A DNA stretch of 60,081 nucleotides from Eubacteriales bacterium (GTDB lineage: Bacteria; Bacillota; Clostridia; Oscillospirales; JAAYXM01): assembly GCA_045652405.1 (NCBI GenBank), contig JAZRUF010000107.1:1-60081 (forward strand), given 5' to 3'. The notes under the pieces were generated by a model. It was given only the letters and a program-made list of their open reading frames with translations. It was not told the DNA's origin and searched no databases. The position numbers and the translations under genes are program-made. Each line of letters opens with the position of its first letter. The stretch's first letter is position 1. Below are positions 1 through 8,113 of this stretch, in pieces.

Positions 1-1
1 T

Positions 2-166
2 ATCCTTGATATGGATAGAAACACTGCACCGTACTTCCTGGAAATCGGTATGCACTGCCTGGGTTGTCCTGCATCGCGCGGCGAAACAATTGAACAGGCT
101 TGTGCGGTTCATGGTACGGATGCAGATGCGCTGGTTGCAAAGCTCAACGCTCATTTTGGTGAGTAA
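2..166 (+). CDS. C-terminal fragment of a DUF1858 / hybrid-cluster-protein-associated redox-disulfide domain protein (5' end outside window)
   Basis: Frame 2 reads ILDMDRNTAPYFLEIGMHCLGCPASRGETIEQACAVHGTDADALVAKLNAHFGE*. It carries the GMHCxGCP motif of this small domain. The track ORF 6..188 is in a different frame. A terminator follows. Confidence 0.6.
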   Translation: MLDMDRNTAPYFLEIGMHCLGCPASRGETIEQACAVHGTDADALVAKLNAHFGE

Positions 167-190
167 TCAGATGTCTTTTTGCAAATAAAA

Positions 191-227
191 ATCAGGAGCC
201 GGGTTTTAGCGGCTCCTGATTTTTTTG
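191..227 (+). terminator. intrinsic terminator
   Basis: ATCAGGAGCC-gggttttagc-GGCTCCTGAT followed by TTTTTTT. Confidence 0.85.
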
Positions 228-395
228 GATATTGTTCTTATGGGAGAATTTATATATGCCCGGATTTCTTCTAAGATTAAAATCGTTTACATATGAGTAT
301 GGTATGGGGCGAATGTCAAAGGAGTTTCGTACCTTTGCATATGTGTATTTTGCCCTTGATGCAGCACTTAATATGCAGTTTAGGGGAGTAGAAAA

Positions 396-1076
396 ATGAA
401 AGAAAAAGCACTTACCCCAAGGCTTATGACGGTCGCAACGCTTGTCCCCAAATGTCAAACCTGTGCAGACATCGGCTGCGACCATGCGCAAGTTTCTATA
501 TGGCTTGCGCGTCAGGATAAAGTAAATAGAATAATTGCGTCGGATGTCAACGAAGGACCGCTCAGCCGCGCAAAAAGCGCAGTGCGTGCGGCAGACCTTG
601 AGGGGCGAATAAACTGCGTGCTGACCAACGGTCTTGAGGGTATTGAGCCACAGGATTGCGTGATAATCGCAGGTATGGGCGGTGACCTTATAGCGGATAT
701 TCTGAGGCGTGCTGAATGGACCAAAAGCGGAGAGAGGACACTGATTCTTCAACCCATGACCGCCGCATACCGTCTGCGCGAATTTTTGCTCGAAAATGGG
801 TACAGTATGGTAAAAGAAACCTATGCGGCCGAAAAAGAAAAAATATATGCGATTATATGTGCAAAACCCGGAATGCAAGAATACCGGGATATTTCAGAGC
901 TGTACATTAGCCGGGCGGGAGAGGCGGATGCAGGTGGATGTGAATACGCAAAATGCGTCATAAAAAAACTTGAGTGTGAGCTCCACGGTCTGCTTCAGGC
1001 GGAAGACCCCAGCCAAAAGGATATAGAGCATCGCCGTCTGGCAATAGAGCTTTTACAAAAGCGCTTTAAAATATAA
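396..1076 (+). CDS. trmK: tRNA (adenine22-N1)-methyltransferase TrmK family
   Basis: SAM-MTase motif DIGCDHA, IIAGMGG and LILQP, with the usual helical C-terminal domain. It sits next to a Nif3 gene, as in many Firmicutes. Confidence 0.8.
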   Translation: MKEKALTPRLMTVATLVPKCQTCADIGCDHAQVSIWLARQDKVNRIIASDVNEGPLSRAKSAVRAADLEGRINCVLTNGLEGIEPQDCVIIAGMGGDLIADILRRAEWTKSGERTLILQPMTAAYRLREFLLENGYSMVKETYAAEKEKIYAIICAKPGMQEYRDISELYISRAGEADAGGCEYAKCVIKKLECELHGLLQAEDPSQKDIEHRRLAIELLQKRFKI

Positions 1077-1093
1077 ATGGGAGTGACTAAAAT

Positions 1094-1897
1094 ATGAGCA
1101 TATGCGTTTCGGATATTTACAATGAGCTTAAAAATTACGCACCCCTTGAATACGCGTTGGATTTTGATAACCCCGGTCATTTGGTGGGCGACTTGCGCCA
1201 ACCGGTAGAGCGTGTACTCATCGCGCTTGATGCAACAAGCGCCGTGATAGACGAAGCTTTAAAGAATAATGCACAGCTTATTATTTCCCACCATCCGCTT
1301 ATTTTTAATAAACTCGGCGCAGTGGTAGCTGACGATAGCGTGGCAAGACGCGTAATCCGCCTTATAAAGTCGGATGTTTCGCTCATCTGCATGCATACGA
1401 ATTTAGATGCGGCAGAGGGTGGCGTGAATGACATTCTTGCTGAGAAAATAGGTCTTAGAAACTGCCGTGTGCTGGATGTTCTCGGAACTTGCGAGAACAG
1501 GGAGTACGGCATAGGTCGAGTCGGGGAGCTAAGCCAGGAAGAAGATGTCACGACCTTTTTAAAACGCGTAAAATCCGTTTTAAACGCACCGGGACTGAGA
1601 TATGCGGCATCTGACAGAAAAGTAAAAAAAGTGGCTGTCGGCGGCGGCTCATGCGGTTCATATCTGGAGAAAGTGTATAACATCGGGTGCGATGCGTTTG
1701 TCACCGCGGATGTAAAGCATGATGTTTTCCTTACCGCGCGTGAGCTTGGAGTAACCGTAATTGATGCTGGGCACTTCTCCACGGAAAACCCGGTGTGCAT
1801 GGCGATTGATAAGCGCTTGCGTCAGTGCTTTCCTACGCTTGATGTAAGCATCGCAAAAGCAAACCGCGAACCCGAGGAATTTTATATAGGAGAGTAG
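1094..1897 (+). CDS. Nif3-like dinuclear metal centre protein (YqfO/GTP cyclohydrolase 1 type 2 homologue)
   Basis: Family-typical blocks include DNPGHLVG, ISHHPLIF, MHTNLD and GHFSTE. Confidence 0.85.
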   Translation: MSICVSDIYNELKNYAPLEYALDFDNPGHLVGDLRQPVERVLIALDATSAVIDEALKNNAQLIISHHPLIFNKLGAVVADDSVARRVIRLIKSDVSLICMHTNLDAAEGGVNDILAEKIGLRNCRVLDVLGTCENREYGIGRVGELSQEEDVTTFLKRVKSVLNAPGLRYAASDRKVKKVAVGGGSCGSYLEKVYNIGCDAFVTADVKHDVFLTARELGVTVIDAGHFSTENPVCMAIDKRLRQCFPTLDVSIAKANREPEEFYIGE

Positions 1898-1903
1898 TAA
1901 GCT

Positions 1904-3634
1904 ATGGCATTGGATGCTTTGTTTTTATCCGCGCTTGCACGTGAGCTCGATGAAAAGCTTAAGGGCGTGCGTGTGGATAAAATACATCAACCGGATAAGG
2001 AGGGTGTTCGTTTTGCCCTGCGCACCGGCGAAAAGCTTTTGATAGATGCGGGAAACAATTACCCGCGTATTCATTTAACAAAATCAGCAACCGAAAACCC
2101 GCAAACGCCGCCCATGTTCTGCATGCTTTTGCGGAAGCACCTTTCGGGCGGAAAAATTTCCGAGGTGCGGTGGCAATATCTTGAACGCGCAATAGATATA
2201 GAATTTGAGACTACGGATGAGCTTGGAATGCCTACCCGGAGAACACTCACCGCCGAGCTTATGGGAAGGCATTCAAACCTGATTTTGCGCGATGCGGATG
2301 ACCGTATCATAGATTGCTTAAAGCGTGTGGACCTTGCAATGAGTGAAAAACGCCAGGTTTTACCCGGGCTTTTCTACCAAAAGCCTCCTGCGCAGGATAA
2401 AAAGAATCCGCTTACAATCGGGCGCGCAGAGATGTTTAATGAGCTTCTCTCAGCACCTGACGAGGCACGAGCAGATAAATGGTTGCAGGATACTTTCATG
2501 GGCGTTTCACCCCTTATATGGCGCGAGATTATCTATCGCGCGGCGGGGGATAGCGGATTGCGCTTCTGTGAGATGGATGTTAAGGTAAAAGAGCGCATTG
2601 CATCATGCGCGATAGAACTGTTTGAGCAAGCCCTCGGCGAAAAGTACGTGCCGTGGATAGTCTATGAAAACGATAAGCCCAAGGACTTTAGTTTTTGCCG
2701 CATAAGCCAGTATGACGGAGTGTATGTCGGAAAAGAAATGCAAAGCCTTTCTGAGCTTTTGGATGCCTTTTATTCTGAGCGTGGTCTGCAGGAGCGTATG
2801 CGTCAGAAATCCCAGAATATTACGCGCACCGTCCAAAACGCCTATGAACGCGCTGTCCGGAAACAGGAGGTTCAGAAAGAAGAGCTTTTGCAGGCGCGCG
2901 ACCGTGAGCGGGACCGCGAGCTTGCGGATATAGTAACCGCAAACCTTTATCGCATGGAGCGTGGAATGAACCGTCTTGTCGCGCAGGACTTTTTTAAAGA
3001 GGATGCCCCCGAAATAGAGATTCCGCTTGATATACGCCTTTCCCCTCAGCAGAACGCGGCAAAGCTCTATAAGAGCTATAACCGCAAGAAAAATGCCGAA
3101 CTGTTTCTCACTGAGCAAATAGAAAAAGGTCAGCAAGAAGCTGAGTACCTTGAAAGTGTTTTGGAGAGTATTTCGCAAGCTGAAAGTGAAAAAGAACTCG
3201 AGGCGATACGTGAAGAACTCCATGACGGAGGATATATCTCGCATAGAAAAAATGCGGGAAGGGTACGCAAAAAAGACGAGCTTGCGCCTCGTGAATTCAT
3301 ATCCGAGGATGGATTTAGGATACTCGTCGGTCGCAATAATCGTCAGAACGATATATTGACGCTTAAATACGCCAATAAAAACGATATTTGGATGCATACG
3401 CAGAAAATACCCGGCTCTCACGTTGTCGTCGAATGTAACGGCCGGCAAGCGCCTGACAGAACACTTACTCAGGCGGCAGAGCTCGCCGCATATTACTCAA
3501 GAGCGCGCGAGTCAGGTCAGGTTCCGGTGGATTACACAAAAGTACGCAACGTTAAAAAGCCTGCGGGCGCAAAGCCCGGCAAAGTAATTTATGTTGATTA
3601 TCAGACCGCATATGTTTCGCCTAAGAAAATATAA
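1904..3634 (+). CDS. rqcH: NFACT-family ribosome quality control protein RqcH (fibronectin-binding protein A-like)
   Basis: 576 aa. It has an N-terminal NFACT-N block (LxGxRVDKIHQP), a central coiled coil, and a C-terminal NFACT-R block (GFxILVGRNNxQND, PGSHVV). Confidence 0.85.
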   Translation: MALDALFLSALARELDEKLKGVRVDKIHQPDKEGVRFALRTGEKLLIDAGNNYPRIHLTKSATENPQTPPMFCMLLRKHLSGGKISEVRWQYLERAIDIEFETTDELGMPTRRTLTAELMGRHSNLILRDADDRIIDCLKRVDLAMSEKRQVLPGLFYQKPPAQDKKNPLTIGRAEMFNELLSAPDEARADKWLQDTFMGVSPLIWREIIYRAAGDSGLRFCEMDVKVKERIASCAIELFEQALGEKYVPWIVYENDKPKDFSFCRISQYDGVYVGKEMQSLSELLDAFYSERGLQERMRQKSQNITRTVQNAYERAVRKQEVQKEELLQARDRERDRELADIVTANLYRMERGMNRLVAQDFFKEDAPEIEIPLDIRLSPQQNAAKLYKSYNRKKNAELFLTEQIEKGQQEAEYLESVLESISQAESEKELEAIREELHDGGYISHRKNAGRVRKKDELAPREFISEDGFRILVGRNNRQNDILTLKYANKNDIWMHTQKIPGSHVVVECNGRQAPDRTLTQAAELAAYYSRARESGQVPVDYTKVRNVKKPAGAKPGKVIYVDYQTAYVSPKKI

Positions 3635-3673
3635 GATAAAAGGAACCACAGTTTTAGGTGGTTCCTTTTGCGC

Positions 3674-4738
3674 TTATTTACTGAGAATTTCATCCGATAC
3701 CCGCTCGGCAAGAGCGTAGATACTGTCAAAATCTATGTGCGGATTATATACCGCTTCAAGCTCATCATGTGCTGATTTTGCTTCACTTAATGTTAAACAT
3801 GCCTCATCGATAAGCGCAGAGTACAGTTTTCCGGTAAATGAGAATTTTTGCTTTTTGGGTTTTAATATTTCGGGGCTCAGCATAGCATCTATCCGGCATC
3901 TGCGTGTGTACGGATAAGGATACATTTCTTTTTTGTTGGATGTAACGAATGCCAAAGAAAGTTCGGGAATAATAAGATGTTCAATACGTTGAGGGATAAG
4001 GGGTGAGTAGCAACAAATAGCCTTGTATTTTGAGCTCAGGGCCGCATCTTTTATTGGGCTTAGAACTAATGATGCAAGGCCACAGGTGTCCTCAAGTATG
4101 TACACACGCTCTGCTAAACTCCCAACAGTGTCAAACAGTGTTACATATCCGTCAGGTGAAATGGAGGATAAAAATCTGGGGATTTCAACCGCGCCGTTTC
4201 CTGCCCCCTTTATTTCACGCGAGGCTATTGCGCGAGCTTTTTTGTTAAGCTTTTCAGAATCTGCCGCACTGAGCGCAATATCAAACATTTCATTTGCCAA
4301 TGTTCCCGCACATCCGCAAAGGCGGTAAGCGCGGGTATAAAAACTTTTGTACTTTTTATAAAGGGATATAATTTCATTCTTCTTTTCAGCGATTGCAGAT
4401 GAGTCTGCGTATACAGATAAATCAAGATAGCTCTCAACCGCTATCGGATATTTCGGCTCCACGACATGCGGTGAGGTTCCATCAACCAATGCAACACCCA
4501 ATGCAGGGAAAACAACACCGTCGAGGGAGGATGGGTCTGAAGAGCATTTAATCTCATCTGCATCATAGCCTGCGGATACTACGTTTTTCTCCACGCGCCG
4601 CATAAAAGAAGATTTACCGCATCCCGGGCTTCCCTTTATAATAAACACCTTGCGGGCTAAGTTTTCATCTATCAGAGTATCATATAACGAGAAGAAGCCT
4701 TGTTTTGAGTTGGCTCCGAGGAAAAAACTTGTTTGCAT
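3674..4738 (-). CDS. P-loop NTPase of unknown function
   Basis: Walker A GSPGCGKSS lies near the N-terminus. A GGAGG RBS sits 8 nt upstream of the ATG. I recognise no further family. Confidence 0.7.
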   Translation of the reverse strand: MQTSFFLGANSKQGFFSLYDTLIDENLARKVFIIKGSPGCGKSSFMRRVEKNVVSAGYDADEIKCSSDPSSLDGVVFPALGVALVDGTSPHVVEPKYPIAVESYLDLSVYADSSAIAEKKNEIISLYKKYKSFYTRAYRLCGCAGTLANEMFDIALSAADSEKLNKKARAIASREIKGAGNGAVEIPRFLSSISPDGYVTLFDTVGSLAERVYILEDTCGLASLVLSPIKDAALSSKYKAICCYSPLIPQRIEHLIIPELSLAFVTSNKKEMYPYPYTRRCRIDAMLSPEILKPKKQKFSFTGKLYSALIDEACLTLSEAKSAHDELEAVYNPHIDFDSIYALAERVSDEILSK

Positions 4739-5124
4739 CGAAATTACCTCCGATTATCTTTATCTGTTAACAGATTATGCAAAAGGAGATTATTTCGTCC
4801 GTTATTACTTGGATTTTAACCAAGCTGTGGCTATTGTTGGCAGCGGAACTACCCGGGGTTAAGCCTTCAATTTTTACCGGGAAGGAGTTTTCCAAAGTAG
4901 AGATTTTCTCATACAATGATATATCATTAATGAAAAACACCTTGAAATCAAAATTGTGCTAATAATAAGCAAAAAACAATGGCGTACAGGAAAAATATAT
5001 AATATAATATTATTGTACTTATAGGATTTAAACAGAGAAAGCAATAAAAGAGATTTATTATGCATTTGGGTGTAATGCCACATTAACGGTTTAATGAATT
5101 TTAAAAGGGAAAGGTGAACAGCAC

Positions 5125-5790
5125 ATGAATGAAAGTCTTAAAAAATGCATGCTAAAGCGCGTTGAGCGCACATGCGAGAATTTAAACAAAAATGGGATTG
5201 ACAGTTTTTACGTTGAGAAAAAAGAAGAGGTGGTTGAGCTTCTCAAAAAACTCATCAAACCCGGAGCGACGGTATCCGTAGGCGGTTCGGTAACTCTCGA
5301 TGAATGCAAAGTCACCGAGTTTTTGAAAAACGGAGATTTCAATTATCTTGACAGATATGCCCCCGGTCTCAACCGTGAGCAAATAGAGGAGATTTTTCAC
5401 AAAGCATTTTTTGCAGATGTGTATTTATCAAGCTCCAATGCGGTCACGGAAAAAGGTGAGCTTTATAATGTTGACGGTAATTCAAACCGCGTAGCCGCTA
5501 TTTTATACGGCCCCAAGCAGGTTATCTTAGTCTGTGGTGTAAATAAAATCGTGCCAGATATTCAAGCGGCGGTACAGCGCGTCAAAAGCGTGGCAGCACC
5601 GGCAAATGCCATGCGCTTAAATTGTGATACTTACTGTGCCAAAAGCGGAAATTGCGCAGGTGTAAACGGAGATATGCCGAGCGGCTGTGCTGGCGACGGC
5701 AGAATTTGCTGCAACTATGCAGTAAGTGCGAAACAGCGCAAATCCGGCAGAATTAAAGTGATTTTTGTCGGCGAAGAACTCGGGTATTAA
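5125..5790 (+). CDS. LUD (lactate-utilization, LutC/YkgG-like) domain protein with Cys-rich C-terminus
   Basis: Contains a GGSVTL block, NAVTEKGELYNVDGNSNRVAA, and C-terminal CDTYC..C..C motifs. Confidence 0.75.
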   Translation: MNESLKKCMLKRVERTCENLNKNGIDSFYVEKKEEVVELLKKLIKPGATVSVGGSVTLDECKVTEFLKNGDFNYLDRYAPGLNREQIEEIFHKAFFADVYLSSSNAVTEKGELYNVDGNSNRVAAILYGPKQVILVCGVNKIVPDIQAAVQRVKSVAAPANAMRLNCDTYCAKSGNCAGVNGDMPSGCAGDGRICCNYAVSAKQRKSGRIKVIFVGEELGY

Positions 5791-5812
5791 TACTAAAAAA
5801 CAAGAAATATCA

Positions 5813-5853
5813 ACAGAAGCACAGCGCTTTGCGCCGCCGTGCTTCTGTTTGTA
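5813..5853 (+). terminator. intrinsic terminator
   Basis: ACAGAAGCAC...GTGCTTCTGT stem followed by a T-rich run. Confidence 0.7.
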
Positions 5854-5877
5854 ATTTAAGTATATATGTGGTATAAT
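5849..5877 (+). promoter_or_regulatory. sigmaA-like promoter TTGTAA-17-TATAAT with TGn extension
   Basis: TTGTAA at 5849-5854, a 17 nt spacer ending TGTGG, and TATAAT at 5872-5877. Confidence 0.55.
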
Positions 5878-5880
5878 GAT

Positions 5881-6075
5881 TTCAAGCCTAGCTTGAAATC
5901 GTCGATATGAATTCTTACGAATTCTCGATATGTCATAAATGACTCGATATTTGCTAATGCACTCGATATGTCGCTTGCGCGACGAGAATTCATATCATAT
6001 CGAGTTTGACCGAAGGGAAAACATATCGATTTTACAAAGTAAAAATATCGAGCAAACTTTAGTTTGCATATCGAC
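5881..6075. repeat. symmetric array of 4x TCGATAT plus 4x ATATCGA separated by unrelated mini-palindromes
   Basis: TCGATAT starts at 5902, 5925, 5944 and 5963. ATATCGA starts at 5997, 6023, 6045 and 6068. The apex hairpin GTCGC-ttgc-GCGAC is at 5970-5983. Every spacer is a small palindrome (see findings). Confidence 0.85.
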
Positions 6076-6147
6076 AAAAATGATGTCATCTAAATCGTTT
6101 ACGAATTCTATAATATATTGTATCTGCAGTCAGATGGGAATGATTAA

Positions 6148-7395
6148 ATGGAGAAAACTAAATCATATGGGCTTGCAAAATATGCCTGCTATCTTACGAA
6201 TATATCAATGGCGGTTGTGGCTAGCTTATCACCGCTGTTGTTTGTCACGTTTCGTCAAATGTATGGGATTTCATATACTTTGCTTGGCTTGTTGGTAGTC
6301 GTAAATTTTTCAACTCAGTTGTTTATCGATTTGGTATTTGCTTTTTTTGCAAAAAAATTCGATATACAAAAAACAGTTCGGCTTATGCCATTTATTACTT
6401 TTTTAGGTCTTTTGATTTATGGAATACTTCCGGCGGTGTTTCCGAAAAGGGCATACTTGTGTATTGTGCTGGGAACGGTTGTGTTTTCGGTTTCTTCAGG
6501 CTTAAACGAGGTGTTGTCAAGTCCTGTAATAGCCGCTATTCCGAGCAAAAATCCTGAAAGAGAAATGAGTAAATTGCATTCAATGTATGCGTGGGGCGTA
6601 GTTGGTGTTGTTATAGTAAGCACGACGTTTTTAAGCGTGTTTGGAACTCACAATTGGGGATATCTGGCATTGTTTTGGTCGTTAGTTCCTCTGTCTGCAT
6701 TTATAATGTTCAGAAAAGCTGAACTTCCTGAAATCGGAAATTCAAATGATGAGTGCAAAAAACAAAAAAGTATAGGTATAGGAGTCATTCTTTGCTTTGT
6801 ATGCATATTCCTCGGTGGTGCTGCTGAGTGTACGATGGCGCAGTGGGCATCGGGCTTTATTGAAAACGCGATAGGGATACCGAAGCTTTGGGGTGATATA
6901 CTGGGCGTTGCGCTATTTGCGGCTCTTTTAGGGCTTGGACGAACTGTGTACACCAAATATGGGAAAAATGTACTTAATGTTATGCTCTGGGGAATGGCGG
7001 GTGCTGCAATATGCTATTTTGCTGCGAGCATCTCGCTCAATCACATAATAAGTCTTTGTGCATGTATTTTAACCGGAATTTGTGTTTCAATGTTATGGCC
7101 GGGAACTATAATATGCGTTGGCGAAAAATTCCCTTCAGCGGGAGTTGCAATTTATGCATTGATGGCTGCTGGAGGAGATATGGGAGCTTCGATTGCGCCT
7201 CAGTTGGTAGGTATCGTTTCAGATAAAATAAGCCTTAGCAATTTTGCTCTTGAATTATCGGAACTTCTTAAGATAAGCACGGAACAGATAGCAATGCGAA
7301 TGGGTTTGCTTGTTTCAACGGCATTTCCGATAATGGGTCTGATTGTGGTTATTTGCTTAAAGGCATATTTTTCTACACTGAGAAGTAATGGATAA
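6148..7395 (+). CDS. MFS transporter
   Basis: 415 aa with about 12 hydrophobic segments and a short charged central loop. Confidence 0.8.
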   Translation: MEKTKSYGLAKYACYLTNISMAVVASLSPLLFVTFRQMYGISYTLLGLLVVVNFSTQLFIDLVFAFFAKKFDIQKTVRLMPFITFLGLLIYGILPAVFPKRAYLCIVLGTVVFSVSSGLNEVLSSPVIAAIPSKNPEREMSKLHSMYAWGVVGVVIVSTTFLSVFGTHNWGYLALFWSLVPLSAFIMFRKAELPEIGNSNDECKKQKSIGIGVILCFVCIFLGGAAECTMAQWASGFIENAIGIPKLWGDILGVALFAALLGLGRTVYTKYGKNVLNVMLWGMAGAAICYFAASISLNHIISLCACILTGICVSMLWPGTIICVGEKFPSAGVAIYALMAAGGDMGASIAPQLVGIVSDKISLSNFALELSELLKISTEQIAMRMGLLVSTAFPIMGLIVVICLKAYFSTLRSNG

Positions 7396-7431
7396 AGTGT
7401 TTCTGCTGATGTGATTTTGGAGGAAGAAGCG

Positions 7432-8070
7432 ATGACAAATCTGATTTTAATAAGGCATGGAGAGAGCGAAGCTAACCGCATGGGCGTGTTTGCAGGGCAT
7501 ATAGACCCTGATTTGCAGGGTAGAGGTGTAAAGCAAGCGGAGCTTACAGCGGAATATATAGCCGGAAATTACAGCGTTGATAAAGTTTATTCAAGCGATT
7601 TAAAACGTGCTTATAGAACTGCGAAGAGTCTCGCGGACAAGTTGGGGCTGGAGATTATCCCTGATGTGAGACTGCGTGAGATAGACGGCGGCAAGTGGGA
7701 AAATGTTAAGTTTGAAGATATAGTAAAACTTTATCCGGAAGAGTTTGGAATGTGGATAAACGATATAGGAAATGCAGCTTGTCCGGATGGAGAGAGTGTC
7801 GCCGAGCTTGGTGAGAGAATAATGGAAGTCCTTGAGGAGATTGCCGTGAATAACGTTGGAAAAACCGTTGCAATTGCTACGCATGCTACACCTATAAGAG
7901 TAGCGCAGGGCATTATTCAAACCGGCGGACTGGGTGAAATGAAGGATATACCGTATGTGTCAAATGCGTCTGTGACGCATCTTGAATATGACGGAGACTG
8001 GCGGGTTCTAAAAGCCGGTGAGGATGCGCATTTGGCAGAGCTTAGGACTTCGCTTCCACACAATATTTAA
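7432..8070 (+). CDS. histidine phosphatase family protein (phosphoglycerate mutase-like)
   Basis: Has LIRHGES (RHG motif) at the N-terminus and ATHATPIR later. I moved the start to the ATG at 7432 because a GGAGG lies 8 nt upstream. The track ORF begins at 7411. Confidence 0.85.
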   Translation: MTNLILIRHGESEANRMGVFAGHIDPDLQGRGVKQAELTAEYIAGNYSVDKVYSSDLKRAYRTAKSLADKLGLEIIPDVRLREIDGGKWENVKFEDIVKLYPEEFGMWINDIGNAACPDGESVAELGERIMEVLEEIAVNNVGKTVAIATHATPIRVAQGIIQTGGLGEMKDIPYVSNASVTHLEYDGDWRVLKAGEDAHLAELRTSLPHNI

Positions 8071-8113
8071 GAAAAGATATTATAATATTTGAAAGCATTG
8101 AGGATTTAGAAAG

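Noticed and set aside
6-188. Track ORF 6-188 (MIWIETLHRTSW...).
   Set aside because: The adjacent frame gives a recognisable DUF1858-type C-terminus with a GMHCxGCP motif, ending at 166 just before a terminator. The track ORF is an out-of-frame artefact.
5939-6298. Track ORF 5939-6298 (119 aa) spans the heptamer array and the start of the MFS gene.
   Set aside because: It has no RBS, reads through the repeat/palindrome array, and overlaps the well-supported MFS start at 6148 in another frame.
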